DNA of 64,000 bases, from the NCBI GenBank assembly GCA_900552495.1, contig URZY01000003.1:110627-174626 (forward strand), in the 5' to 3' direction. This DNA is from an uncultured Mycoplasmatota bacterium (GTDB taxonomy: Bacteria; Bacillota_I; Bacilli_A; RF39; UBA660). The notes below the pieces were generated by a model. It had not been told where the DNA came from. It ran no database searches and was given only the letters and a program-made list of their open reading frames with translations. Shown piece by piece: positions 47,501 through 57,868 of this stretch (position 1 is the stretch's first letter; each line of letters begins with the position of its first letter). A program made the position numbers and the translations under genes.

Positions 47501-48433
47501 TTAATCCTTATTTTCCTCTTCAAATAGTTTTTTTATGTTAGCACGAGGCATTAACATTTTCATATCTTTTTCTACTCTAAACTTAAATTTAGTGGCTGGA
47601 GTTTTATATTCTTCACCATCAATACACCAAGAGCTTTTTGGTGGATCTAAAAACTCTATTTCTAAATCATCAGTCTTATAATAAGTTATTCCAGGAATGT
47701 ATTGGATATCTACAGCATTCATCATAATAAACATTTTTATAATATCACGATAGTTTTTTACATCTGCGAAAGCAACCTCAAATTTATTATCATCTAATTT
47801 AACGTCGTAATAAATGTCTTTGACCCCAGCAACACGAGAAGAATTTGTAATAAAGAGAAAGGAATATTTACCTTCGTATTCTTTGCCGTTTACTTTATAT
47901 TTTATGTTATAAGAATGGATTTTAGGTCTTAATTGCTTTAGGCCATACATCATATAAGCTAATTTACCATATTTTTTCTTTAATTCTCGTGGAGTATTGT
48001 ATGCCATATCAATGTAGTCTCCTAAGCAAGCAACATAGACAAAAGCGGTATCGTCAATATAACAAACATCTATTTTTTTGGGCTTTCCAGTTAATAACAT
48101 CTCTAAGTTTTTTAGAATATTTTTAGTATAACCATACATGTTTCCAACATCATTTGTAGTACCCATTGGTAAATTTGCGATTAGTAATTTATGTTGTCTT
48201 TTCATGTTGCCTGTAACAACTTCGTTTAATGTTCCATCTCCACCAGCACTGATTACCAAATCAATTTCTTTATCCAAGGCTTGTATAATTTCTGTTGCAT
48301 CCCCTTTTTTCTTTGTGAAAATTATTTCTGTATCATAACCATATTTTCTTAAAATATCGTAGAAATCATTATAATTTTTTAATTTTTTCTTTTTTCCACT
48401 TTCAGGGTTCATGATAATTACACATTTTCTCAT
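47501..48433 (-). CDS. Diacylglycerol/lipid kinase catalytic-domain protein (DagK/YegS/DgkB family)
   Basis: 310 aa; ISAGGDGTLNEVVTG signature; NPESGKKKK N-terminal motif. Confidence 0.75.
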   Translation of the reverse strand: MRKCVIIMNPESGKKKKLKNYNDFYDILRKYGYDTEIIFTKKKGDATEIIQALDKEIDLVISAGGDGTLNEVVTGNMKRQHKLLIANLPMGTTNDVGNMYGYTKNILKNLEMLLTGKPKKIDVCYIDDTAFVYVACLGDYIDMAYNTPRELKKKYGKLAYMMYGLKQLRPKIHSYNIKYKVNGKEYEGKYSFLFITNSSRVAGVKDIYYDVKLDDNKFEVAFADVKNYRDIIKMFIMMNAVDIQYIPGITYYKTDDLEIEFLDPPKSSWCIDGEEYKTPATKFKFRVEKDMKMLMPRANIKKLFEEENKD

Positions 48434-48538
48434 GATACACCAACTCCTCAGTTATACGCTTATTATAGCACTATTTGAAGATAAATACTAGCCTTTGTTT
48501 TTGATAGTTTGAATGTTGTAATTACACCATAAAAAAAT

Positions 48539-48561
48539 AAAATAGTTTCTATGGAACTATT
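48539..48561 (-). terminator. Terminator for the Wzm/Wzt exporter operon (aatagtt-tctatgg-aactatt, then UUAUUUUUUUAUGG on the minus strand)
   Basis: 7-bp stem abutting the stop at 48562; strong U-tract. Confidence 0.5.
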
Positions 48562-49299
48562 CTATTTTGAAAGTTGTTTTTTATAATACTCTTTACATAT
48601 CTTTTTCGTTTCGCCAACTTTAATTACTTTTCCATGCTCTAGCCAAACAACGCGATCACATAAATCTTCTATTGATTCTAAGGAGTGAGAAACATATAAA
48701 ACGGTTGTTCCTCCTTTAATCATTTCCATCATTTTATTCTTACTTTTTTCTTGGAACTTAATATCACCAACTGATAAAATCTCATCAACAATTAATATTT
48801 CTGGATCGACAACTGTGGCAATGGAAAAGGCCAACTTAGCAACCATTCCTGATGAAAAGTTTTTTACTGGTGCATCAAGAAAGTCTCTTAATTCGGAAAA
48901 TTCAACTATTTCTTCAAATTTTTCATCTATAAAGTTCTTAGAATATCCTAAGATAGAACCATTTAAATAGATGTTCTCACGAGCTGTTAATTCCAAATCA
49001 AAACCAGCTCCTAATTCAATCATTGGAGATACAGCTCCATTAACGGTGACTTTTCCTTTAGTTGGTTTCATCACTCCACTAACCACTTTTAATAATGTAC
49101 TCTTGCCAGCCCCATTGCTTCCAATTAGACCTATTACTTCGCCTTTTCTAACTTCAAAAGAAACATCATCCAAAGCCCAAAACTCTGTTTTTTTAGGTCT
49201 TCTTTTTTTATCAAATATCGATATAAATGCTTCTTTAATTGAATAGTTTGGTTCTATCCCTAAATTAAAGCGCATTGAAACACCTTCTAATTTAATCAT
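48562..49299 (-). CDS. Polysaccharide/teichoic-acid ABC exporter ATP-binding protein (Wzt/TagH-like, short form without C-terminal CBM)
   Basis: Walker A GSNGAGKSTLLKV, signature FSSGMVAKLAFS, Walker B ILIVDEILSVGD. Confidence 0.8.
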   Translation of the reverse strand: MIKLEGVSMRFNLGIEPNYSIKEAFISIFDKKRRPKKTEFWALDDVSFEVRKGEVIGLIGSNGAGKSTLLKVVSGVMKPTKGKVTVNGAVSPMIELGAGFDLELTARENIYLNGSILGYSKNFIDEKFEEIVEFSELRDFLDAPVKNFSSGMVAKLAFSIATVVDPEILIVDEILSVGDIKFQEKSKNKMMEMIKGGTTVLYVSHSLESIEDLCDRVVWLEHGKVIKVGETKKICKEYYKKQLSK

Positions 49300-49314
49300 A
49301 AATCTACCTTCCTT

Positions 49315-50127
49315 CTATATGTAATAGATATATTTATCTTGATTTTTCTTAAATACTAAACAACCAATTAGTATTGCAATTAATGCATAAACAATACACA
49401 ATATCAAATTAGCAGTACCTGGACAGTTTCCATATAAAACGATACTTCTTATTGCGGTTAAATATTGGTAAAGTGGATTGAATTGATAAAGAACTTGAAG
49501 TTTGACTGGAATTATTTCAATACTATAGAAGATTGGTGTGAAATATTGCCAGATTGTCAAGACGATACCATAGATGTAAAAGACATCTCGTAAGAACACA
49601 GATACACAAGATAGAAATAACCCTACTCCTATTGTAAAAATAAATATACATAGAAATATAAATGGTAAAATTAAATAATAAATATTAATTGAAGCAGGAT
49701 AATTGCCTAGACCAAATTGTGTTAAAATAATAATCAATATCCATGGAATTAAGGTTAATAAAAAGTTAATTCCCACAAATAAACATTTAGCTAATGGGAA
49801 AATATATTTTGGAATATATACCTTATTTATTAAAGTAAAATTATTAACAACAGATGTCATTGCTGAATTGGTAGCCTCACTAAAATAATTAAATACGATG
49901 ATTCCTGTTAATAAATATACTAAATAACTAACTCCATCGACTTGAAATTTAAACATATTAGAAAATACAGCGGCCATTACTGCCATCATAAGTATAGGAT
50001 ATAGTAAACTCCAAACTACTCCTAGGACAGATCTTTTATATTTTACTTTAAAATCTCTTAATATTAATTGACTCATTAGGAATTGATATTTTTTAAAATT
50101 AGACATTATGTTTTTTATCGTCTTCAT
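49315..50127 (-). CDS. ABC-2 type polysaccharide exporter permease (Wzm/TagG-like)
   Basis: 270 aa, 6 TM; adjacent to the Wzt-like ATPase. Confidence 0.75.
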   Translation of the reverse strand: MKTIKNIMSNFKKYQFLMSQLILRDFKVKYKRSVLGVVWSLLYPILMMAVMAAVFSNMFKFQVDGVSYLVYLLTGIIVFNYFSEATNSAMTSVVNNFTLINKVYIPKYIFPLAKCLFVGINFLLTLIPWILIIILTQFGLGNYPASINIYYLILPFIFLCIFIFTIGVGLFLSCVSVFLRDVFYIYGIVLTIWQYFTPIFYSIEIIPVKLQVLYQFNPLYQYLTAIRSIVLYGNCPGTANLILCIVYALIAILIGCLVFKKNQDKYIYYI

Positions 50128-50324
50128 TATTTTCCCTCACTTTATTTTCATTCGTTCCTACAAATTATATCATATAATAATTTGGATAGTCAATTTTAGT
50201 ATTTTTTTGGAGTTTTTTTTAAAAAAATTAGTAGAATTTTCTTATATCAGTTATAATATCTATAGATAGTTGTGACCTTGATAAATAAAGAAACAACAAT
50301 ATAGGACTACTAAGGTGATTAAGA

Positions 50325-51335
50325 ATGAGAAATAATATAGAAACTTGTAAAAAAGAGAAAAATCTGGCAATTCAAATTTTGAGAGTAACAGCTTGTTTAA
50401 TGGTATTTTTTGTACATTTTGGTCAGCGAATAAATGCAACGGGAAATATAAGAGCCTTTTTTGATTTTGGTGCCTATGGGGTGCAATTATTTTTCTTAAT
50501 TAGTGGGTATCTTTGTTGTTTAACTTTTTTTCGAAAAGATAAGATGAATGTTAAAGAATACTATATTAAAAGGGCAATTGCTATTCTACCACTTTATTTT
50601 TTGACAATTATTTATTATTTTGTAAGTGAAAATATTTTGGATTATTTTTTTGATATTATTCCAAATGATGATGTTGGTTTAGGCTGGTTTAGATATATTT
50701 TCTTATTAAATGGTTTTATTAATAGTGATACTTATTTTTGGAGTAATTTAGGTATTACTTGGACAATACCTATATTTGCCTTCTTCTATTTAATTGCACC
50801 TTGGATAATGAAAAAAGTTTCTTCAATAAAAAGTGCTGTTGTGACCTGGGCAATTATCTTTATTAGCACTTATGCAATTAGCTTATTTTATTCATGTACG
50901 ATAATAGAAAATTTACACTTTTTCTTTCTAGGTTTTATAATTTATACATGTGTTTATGAAAAGAAATTTAGATTACCAACTGTCGTTATATTAATAAATG
51001 CATTAGTTTTTTTGATACTTAAGAAATTTCTCTTGGCATATGTCTTTATTTTTGCAGCTGTTACGCTAAACTTAATTAGTTGTTCAAAAGAATTAACTTT
51101 ACCATTAAAAATAAAGAATATAATTAATTTATTAGACAAGTATTCATATACTTTTTATTTAGTGCATGGAGTTATCTTTTGTAGCTTGCTAGATAGACTT
51201 ATAGCTCTAGGAACAAATAGATTACTTATTGCGGAAATTGCCATAATTGTTACACCTATTCTAACTTTAATTATTGGGAGATTTATCGAACAACCAATTC
51301 AAAATTTTTTGAGAAAAAAGTTGTTAAAAAAATAA
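50325..51335 (+). CDS. Acyltransferase family 3 membrane protein (probable polysaccharide O-acetyltransferase)
   Basis: 336 aa; ~10 TM; AIQILRVTACLMVFFVHF acyltransferase-3 N-terminal signature. Confidence 0.7.
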   Translation: MRNNIETCKKEKNLAIQILRVTACLMVFFVHFGQRINATGNIRAFFDFGAYGVQLFFLISGYLCCLTFFRKDKMNVKEYYIKRAIAILPLYFLTIIYYFVSENILDYFFDIIPNDDVGLGWFRYIFLLNGFINSDTYFWSNLGITWTIPIFAFFYLIAPWIMKKVSSIKSAVVTWAIIFISTYAISLFYSCTIIENLHFFFLGFIIYTCVYEKKFRLPTVVILINALVFLILKKFLLAYVFIFAAVTLNLISCSKELTLPLKIKNIINLLDKYSYTFYLVHGVIFCSLLDRLIALGTNRLLIAEIAIIVTPILTLIIGRFIEQPIQNFLRKKLLKK

Positions 51336-51353
51336 AGTAACTTTTGTGTTACT

Positions 51354-52940
51354 TTATTTTTTGCCGTTTTCTCTTCGAATCTGTTTTTTTAGATGTTTAT
51401 GATCTATATATTTCTTTAACATTCTAAAACTTCTAGAAAACATTAATTCTTTTAGTTCATTACATCTTTCGTAGAAGAAAACTGGTTTGTCTGTTTTGGT
51501 ATATTTATTATAAATGCAAGCTAAATCATAACTAATTACTGCTTTTTGATATGTAGTTAGCAGATTCTTTTCTAGAAGGAACTCAAATAATTTATACATT
51601 TGATCAATATCATAATTTAAAGTACTTGTTATTAAGTAATTGGAATCTGTCATATAACAACCACCATAGTTAAACATATCACATATATATTGAGGCATAT
51701 TTTGATAATCTACTTTTAGTTTTGAATTAAAAAGTAGACAATCAAGTGGAGCAAATAAAGTTGCCGGATTATTAGAAACCTCATCTTTGTTTGGTCTATT
51801 AAAATCAGATATGATAATAGCACGATCAGTTATTTCGGCTGTTATAATTTCTTCTTGAATCCAATTGCTTTTTACTGTGATTCCGGCAGTTAAGAATGCA
51901 TGATAATCTGTCGAAATCTTTTTTTGTGTTTCAAGACGATTTTTAGAGTTTGGAATATTATTTAATTTGGTTTTGCCTTCAATAATTATTTTTATATTTT
52001 TTAGGGTCTGTTCTTGTATTGAGGCAACTGTTTTTTCAAGGTCTAAAGGATTACCATTATCGATTATTACTACAGTAGCGGTCTTTTCTGTGCAGGTTTT
52101 CTTTACTTTGTCATAGCATTTTTCGGCCAATAAGGCAACTTCTTCAGCTGCTTTACGATACGGAGTGGTATGTAGGTAATTTTCCATCTCTTTATAAAAT
52201 AAGAATTCACTACCTTCCGCCTTAATTTTCTTTTCCAACGGATAATTTTTTGTAATTTGATACCAAAATTCATTTCCTTCGACTAACATCCGTGGTGAAG
52301 TATTACTATCTTGCATACTATGTTGTCTTGTCATTGCTAGAACATCTTCCATATGGACAAATTTGTATTTATCTAATATTCTAAACCAAAAATCATAATC
52401 TTGAACACATCTAAGTTTTGGATCAAATTCACCATATTCTTCGAAAACTCTTTTTGGTAATAGTAAAGTTATCCCACCAATTGCGCTTCTCAATACTGCA
52501 TAATCGGGTTTTTCGGTAAGGAGCTGGTGATTTAGATACACAGTCCTTGTCTTCTCACCATGTTCATTTATTAAATCAAAATTTGAGTATAATATTATAT
52601 TTTCATCATCAGAGTATTTTTCTAGTTCTTCTATTTGACGTTCTATTTTATTTGGATAATACATATCATCGTGAGATAACCAACTTAAATAATCGCCTGT
52701 CATTTCTTTAATAGCTAGATTTAGAGCGGTTGATACACCACCATTTTCTTTTTCATAATATTTGATTTTATCGCCATATGATAAAGCAATATCTCTAGTT
52801 TTTCCTTCATCATTACTGCCATCGTTAACTACTAATATCTCTAAATTTTTATATGTTTGTGCCAAAGCACTATCTATTGCATCTTTTAAATAATTTGAAC
52901 CATTATATACTGGTATTACTAAAGTTACTTTTTTACTCAT
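51354..52940 (-). CDS. Two-module glycosyltransferase (N-terminal GT2 with DxD; second degenerate GT-A-like module)
   Basis: 528 aa; VTLVIPVYNGSNYLKDAIDSALAQTYKNLEILVVNDGS...; second block TVVIIDNGNPLDLEKTVASIQEQT. Confidence 0.7.
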   Translation of the reverse strand: MSKKVTLVIPVYNGSNYLKDAIDSALAQTYKNLEILVVNDGSNDEGKTRDIALSYGDKIKYYEKENGGVSTALNLAIKEMTGDYLSWLSHDDMYYPNKIERQIEELEKYSDDENIILYSNFDLINEHGEKTRTVYLNHQLLTEKPDYAVLRSAIGGITLLLPKRVFEEYGEFDPKLRCVQDYDFWFRILDKYKFVHMEDVLAMTRQHSMQDSNTSPRMLVEGNEFWYQITKNYPLEKKIKAEGSEFLFYKEMENYLHTTPYRKAAEEVALLAEKCYDKVKKTCTEKTATVVIIDNGNPLDLEKTVASIQEQTLKNIKIIIEGKTKLNNIPNSKNRLETQKKISTDYHAFLTAGITVKSNWIQEEIITAEITDRAIIISDFNRPNKDEVSNNPATLFAPLDCLLFNSKLKVDYQNMPQYICDMFNYGGCYMTDSNYLITSTLNYDIDQMYKLFEFLLEKNLLTTYQKAVISYDLACIYNKYTKTDKPVFFYERCNELKELMFSRSFRMLKKYIDHKHLKKQIRRENGKK

Positions 52941-52949
52941 ACATATTCC

Positions 52950-54527
52950 TCAATCTTTCTTTTTTAGTCTATTCAATACTTTTTCAATAAGAATTTCTCT
53001 ATCATATAGCAAAAAAAACATAAATCTTTGAATTAAATTTCTAGCTTTTATTTTTGAAGTTTTTGTTGTGATATCTTCCAATTTTATTAAATATTCTTCT
53101 AGTATTTCTTGAATATTAATATCCTCATAATTAATTTTTTTCTTTTTATCAAGATAACTCTTGTCAACATCATACGTCAATTTTTTTATTAGTTCTTTAT
53201 CTTTACTAAAAATTCTTATACTTAATTTATTCAAGTAATCTTTAAAATTGTTTTCATTTACTAAGTCTTTTTCTGGAGGTTGGCGTTTAATATCTTTGTG
53301 AGTTCTTTCCATTACTTTGACATACATGTCCTTGATGTTTTGATTGTATTTTTCTAGTTGGTATTCTTCGATAGCAATCTGTTTGGCAAGCGTTCCTCTT
53401 CTTTGGCGTTCTTTTTTATTGTTCACTAATTCAGCTATTGCTTTCATTAAATCTTTTGAATCACGATCATTGACCAAATAGCCACATTCTGGAGCATGAG
53501 TTACAGATGGTAAAGCTGAATTATTAAAAACAATAATTGGCTTAGCACACGCCATCGCTTCTATGGCCATCATACCAAAACTTTCACCAATTGATGGCAT
53601 CAAAAATATATCACAAGAATTCATTGCTACAATCATTTTGTCATCATTAATTTTCCCGAGTTCTATAATCCTATATTTATTCTCTAACTCAGATATTAAT
53701 CCTTTATTATCGCAAGTTAACAAAGTTATTTTTCGATCAGTCTCTAGTTCTTTTAAAGCTTCGATAATATATGGTGTTCCTTTAAATTCATTCTGGGCTC
53801 TAAAAAATAAAACAATTTCGTTAGACTTTATATCAAGCTCTTTTCTGGCTGATTCATAAGAAATTTTGGCAAACTTATTTACATCAATGCCAAATGGTAT
53901 TTTAAAATAGTTTTTCTGATTTTCAAAAATTGGACTTTTCTTAATTAGATTAAGCATCCAATTGCTCGGTAGAACAAGGTCAATATCAATATTGTCAAAA
54001 ATGTATTTCTTTAAATTCCATAACTCAGAACAGTTGTCTTTATCGAATGGAAATAAACTATGTAAGTCTGGGCAATTTTGACAACCTGTTTGCCAATTAT
54101 CACAGGATAAAAAATGGACACATCTTCCGGTTAAAAACCAAGGATCATGCAATGATATTACAACTTTTTTCTCTTTAGCAATTTTAATTAAACTAAATAA
54201 TGATAATTTGGTATTATGGAACATATGAAAGTGAATAATGTCTGCCTCTTGATATTCTGGTAATTTGAATAAAGCAGGAGTTGTAATTGAATAAATGTTA
54301 TGAATGGAGTTTTCTTTTTCAATACCATCAAATATAGCATGAATTATTTCTTGATTTTTATTTTTTAAAATTTTTACTACCTTATCATTGGATGACATTT
54401 TATGAATTACAGCTTGCTTTACCTCAATTGTTTCATCGGAAATATCTTGAATCATATCATATCCGTTGAAACGGCGACCGAGTAAGTCAATGTTATTTAC
54501 TTCTAAAACTTTTATTTTATTCATCAA
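52950..54527 (-). CDS. GT4 (GT-B) glycosyltransferase with ~130-aa C-terminal coiled-coil extension
   Basis: 525 aa; E-x7-E region IGESFGMMAIEAMACAKPII. Confidence 0.65.
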   Translation of the reverse strand: MMNKIKVLEVNNIDLLGRRFNGYDMIQDISDETIEVKQAVIHKMSSNDKVVKILKNKNQEIIHAIFDGIEKENSIHNIYSITTPALFKLPEYQEADIIHFHMFHNTKLSLFSLIKIAKEKKVVISLHDPWFLTGRCVHFLSCDNWQTGCQNCPDLHSLFPFDKDNCSELWNLKKYIFDNIDIDLVLPSNWMLNLIKKSPIFENQKNYFKIPFGIDVNKFAKISYESARKELDIKSNEIVLFFRAQNEFKGTPYIIEALKELETDRKITLLTCDNKGLISELENKYRIIELGKINDDKMIVAMNSCDIFLMPSIGESFGMMAIEAMACAKPIIVFNNSALPSVTHAPECGYLVNDRDSKDLMKAIAELVNNKKERQRRGTLAKQIAIEEYQLEKYNQNIKDMYVKVMERTHKDIKRQPPEKDLVNENNFKDYLNKLSIRIFSKDKELIKKLTYDVDKSYLDKKKKINYEDINIQEILEEYLIKLEDITTKTSKIKARNLIQRFMFFLLYDREILIEKVLNRLKKKD

Positions 54528-55584
54528 TTTCTCCCTTCTTTATACTTTCTTCCATTAGTTTTTCTATTTCTTTCGCTAACTCAATGTTACCAGTTAAGCG
54601 GAAGTGATGACTCAAATCTTTATAAAATGATGGTTCATTTATGCTAAGTTCCTTTATTTTGGCAGCCGGAATGGCTTTAATAATATCAAGGTTTTTAGCA
54701 TCTGATTCGATTTTTATTCTTGGATTAGTGTTAGTAACCTGTTGAGAATGAGATCTTGTTATGGCCGTTGTATATGGAATACAAATAAATTTATATTCAT
54801 TTATTAACCTAGACCACATATCGCGTTCTTGAGTTATTCTTTGTTTTTCGTCAAAATAACCATATTTAATAAAAGCTTCTTTAGGTATAAGTACACTACC
54901 ACCATTAATTTCACCTTTTAGTAAGGTAAAATAATTCTTTAAAACAGAAGTTTTATAATCATAACAATGAAGTTGTGCTTGAATTGATTCATCAACTTTT
55001 ATTAGTTCATTTTCGTCAACAACTTTAAATGCAGTATATGGAATATGCTTCTCATGACCGACTATAGCTACATATTCAACTAATTTTTCGATATGGACTG
55101 GTTCAATTAAATCGTCATGAGATAACCAAGCAAAATAATCACCTTTCATTTTCTTGATTCCATAATTTAAAGCGGATGATACTCCGCCATTTTCTTTTTC
55201 ATAATATTTAATTTGATTTTTGTATTTTTCAGCAATCTTTTTAGATTTGCCTTCGTCTGTACTACCATCATTAACAACGATAATCTCAATATTTTTGTAT
55301 GTTTGGTTTAAAGCACAAAGAATAGCTTTTTCGAGATAATTACTGCCATTGTAAACGGGAATAATTAGCGAAACCTTAGGATTAAAATTTTCTATTTTTT
55401 TACCTTTTGCTAAATTTAATTCATATAACAAAATATCAGTATATTCTTTGTTTTCACTTACTTTACTTTCCAATAATTTATATAGGTTATCGTATGAAAC
55501 AATAAAATTATTTAAATCTTCATAAGTTACAAACCCTAGTTTTTTTAAAATTCTTTTTATTACTCTTCTCATACTACACCTCAT
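54517..55584 (-). CDS. GT2 glycosyltransferase (paralog of the N-terminal module of 51354..52940)
   Basis: 355 aa; VSLIIPVYNGSNYLEKAILCALNQTYKNIEIIVVNDGSTDEG. Confidence 0.7.
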   Translation of the reverse strand: MRCSMRRVIKRILKKLGFVTYEDLNNFIVSYDNLYKLLESKVSENKEYTDILLYELNLAKGKKIENFNPKVSLIIPVYNGSNYLEKAILCALNQTYKNIEIIVVNDGSTDEGKSKKIAEKYKNQIKYYEKENGGVSSALNYGIKKMKGDYFAWLSHDDLIEPVHIEKLVEYVAIVGHEKHIPYTAFKVVDENELIKVDESIQAQLHCYDYKTSVLKNYFTLLKGEINGGSVLIPKEAFIKYGYFDEKQRITQERDMWSRLINEYKFICIPYTTAITRSHSQQVTNTNPRIKIESDAKNLDIIKAIPAAKIKELSINEPSFYKDLSHHFRLTGNIELAKEIEKLMEESIKKGEIDE

Positions 55585-55608
55585 ATATTAAAATTAATTG
55601 TTAAATAA

Positions 55609-56730
55609 TTATTTTTTCCATGTTCTAATATTTACAATATTGTAATAGCTTTGGATAATCTTTACAACTTTTAAAGAAACATTGGTATCTTTGTAATCTC
55701 TTACTAGATTATCTGCTCTTTCTTCTTTGGCATTTACAGCTAATTCAATCGCATTTAAAATGTCGCGTTCATTTATTCCACCTAGAACAATGCTACCAGC
55801 ATCAAGTGCTTCTGGTCTTTCGGTACTTGTTCGCATTGAAATACCAGGGAAATTTAGAATATCACTTTCTTCTGGAATTGTTCCACTATCAGATAAAACG
55901 CAGTAAGCATTTTTTTGAAGATTGACATAATCGAAGAAACCTAATGGTTCAAGATTTCTTATTAGTGGATTTAATTTAATGTTACTTTCTTTAATTCTTT
56001 TGGCAGTTCGTGGGTGTGTTGAAAAAATAATTGGCATATTATAAGTTTCAGCCACCTTGTTTAAACTGTTCATTAGACTCTCAAAATTTTTAGGAATGTC
56101 AACATTTTCCTCTCTATGAGCACTAACAACAAAGTACTTGCCTTTTTCAATACCTAAATCTGTTAAAGCCGTTGAATTGTTGATACTTTCCATATTCTTA
56201 AGTAAAACTTCTTTCATTGGTGAACCAGTAACATATAAGAAGTCATTTTTTATTCCTTCATTAATAAGATAACGTCTAGCATTTTCCGTATAAGCTAAAT
56301 TAACATCACTTACGTGGTCAACTACTCTTCTATTTATTTCTTCTGGAACATTAAAGTCAAAGCATCTATTACCTGCTTCCATATGGAAAATAGGCACTTT
56401 TAAACGCTTAGCAGAGTATGCAGCCAAACAACTATTAGTATCACCTAAGACTAATAGAGCATCGGGCTGTTCTTTTGATATTACTTCATATGTTTTTGAA
56501 ATAATATTGCCAACTGTTTCGCCTAGATGTTTTCCAGGTGCATCTAAATAATAATCTGGTTTTTTCAAGCCGAATTCTTCAAAGAATATATCATTAAGAG
56601 TATAATCATAGTTTTGACCAGTGTGAACTAAAACTAAATTAAAATATTTATCGATTGCTTTAATTACTTCTGACAATCTGATAATTTCTGGTCGTGTTCC
56701 AACAACAACCATTACTTTTAACTTTTCCAT
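55609..56730 (-). CDS. fnlC: UDP-N-acetylglucosamine 2-epimerase (non-hydrolysing), FnlC/CapG-type of the UDP-L-FucNAc pathway
   Basis: 373 aa; MVVVGTRPEIIRLSEVIKA epimerase N-terminus; position immediately 3' of the CapE/CapF homologues. Confidence 0.75.
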   Translation of the reverse strand: MEKLKVMVVVGTRPEIIRLSEVIKAIDKYFNLVLVHTGQNYDYTLNDIFFEEFGLKKPDYYLDAPGKHLGETVGNIISKTYEVISKEQPDALLVLGDTNSCLAAYSAKRLKVPIFHMEAGNRCFDFNVPEEINRRVVDHVSDVNLAYTENARRYLINEGIKNDFLYVTGSPMKEVLLKNMESINNSTALTDLGIEKGKYFVVSAHREENVDIPKNFESLMNSLNKVAETYNMPIIFSTHPRTAKRIKESNIKLNPLIRNLEPLGFFDYVNLQKNAYCVLSDSGTIPEESDILNFPGISMRTSTERPEALDAGSIVLGGINERDILNAIELAVNAKEERADNLVRDYKDTNVSLKVVKIIQSYYNIVNIRTWKK

Positions 56731-56763
56731 TTTTTACCTTCTTTCTTTTTTGAAATTAAAGTC

Positions 56764-57861
56764 TTAAACTTTTCTAAAATATGTATCTGGTTTTTCTTTA
56801 TCAAATAGTTCATTACACCAGATAGCTAAAATCATTTCATCATCACCAATATTTTCAATATTGTGAGTATATCCAACAGGAATTGTTACAACTTTTATGT
56901 CAGAATCATCAACTATAAACTCATAGTGGGAATTGTCGATAACGCTGGTAAAACCAATCTTAGCTTTTCCTTTAATAACAATAAACCTTTCTAGTTTAGT
57001 ATGATGATAGTGATTTCCTCTTACTATCCCCGGTTTACTGAAGGATACTGAAAATTGCCCACATTCCGTTGTTCTAACAAGTTCTGTAAAACTACCTCTT
57101 TCATCAACATTTTTTTGAGCAGTACAATATGTTTTTTCTAATGGTAGATAACTAATAAATGTCGAATATAGTTTTTTAGTAAATTCATCACCTGTATTTG
57201 GAACATAAATTGAATTCATACTTTCCTTAAATTCATACAATTTTTTGGCAATGTATCCTAGTGTTACATTATATCTAGGGTTAATATAGCAGATACCGGC
57301 AATTTGTTCACTTGGGGCATTACCATTTAATATTCTTTCAAATTCATAACATACGTCATCTATGTATATTAAATCCAAGGCAGCGGCCTCATCATTTATT
57401 GTTATATCTAAGTCATTAGCTATATTGTGGCAAAATGTTGCTACTACGGAATTATAGTTTGGACGACACCATTTACCGAAGACATTATGAAGTCTAACTA
57501 TATAGTATTTTTTTAGATTTTCTTGGATATACTCTTCGGCAATTTTTTTACTTTTTCCATAATCATTATCTTTTAATGCATGAATAGATGATGTAACTAA
57601 AAGTGGAATATCTTTATCTTTAATTAAATCAACTATTTTTTTTGTTAAATCAGAGTTGCCTGCATAGAACTCTTCAACAGTTTGAGGACGATTAACTCCT
57701 GCTAAATGAAAGATAAAATCTATATCGTTAATGTTTTTCTCTATTTTCTCAAAAGAATCATCTTTATCAAATTCAATAATTTCAATAGTTTCTTTTTCAC
57801 GTAAATGTGTTTTTAAATTTTTTCCAATAAAGCCGTTGGATCCGGTAATAAGTACTTTCAT
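56764..57861 (-). CDS. fnlB: CapF/FnlB-type bifunctional reductase/epimerase (SDR N-domain + C-terminal cupin)
   Basis: 365 aa; MKVLITGSNGFIGKNL Rossmann motif; ~100-aa C-terminal cupin-like region. Confidence 0.7.
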   Translation of the reverse strand: MKVLITGSNGFIGKNLKTHLREKETIEIIEFDKDDSFEKIEKNINDIDFIFHLAGVNRPQTVEEFYAGNSDLTKKIVDLIKDKDIPLLVTSSIHALKDNDYGKSKKIAEEYIQENLKKYYIVRLHNVFGKWCRPNYNSVVATFCHNIANDLDITINDEAAALDLIYIDDVCYEFERILNGNAPSEQIAGICYINPRYNVTLGYIAKKLYEFKESMNSIYVPNTGDEFTKKLYSTFISYLPLEKTYCTAQKNVDERGSFTELVRTTECGQFSVSFSKPGIVRGNHYHHTKLERFIVIKGKAKIGFTSVIDNSHYEFIVDDSDIKVVTIPVGYTHNIENIGDDEMILAIWCNELFDKEKPDTYFRKV

Positions 57862-57868
57862 ATTTCAC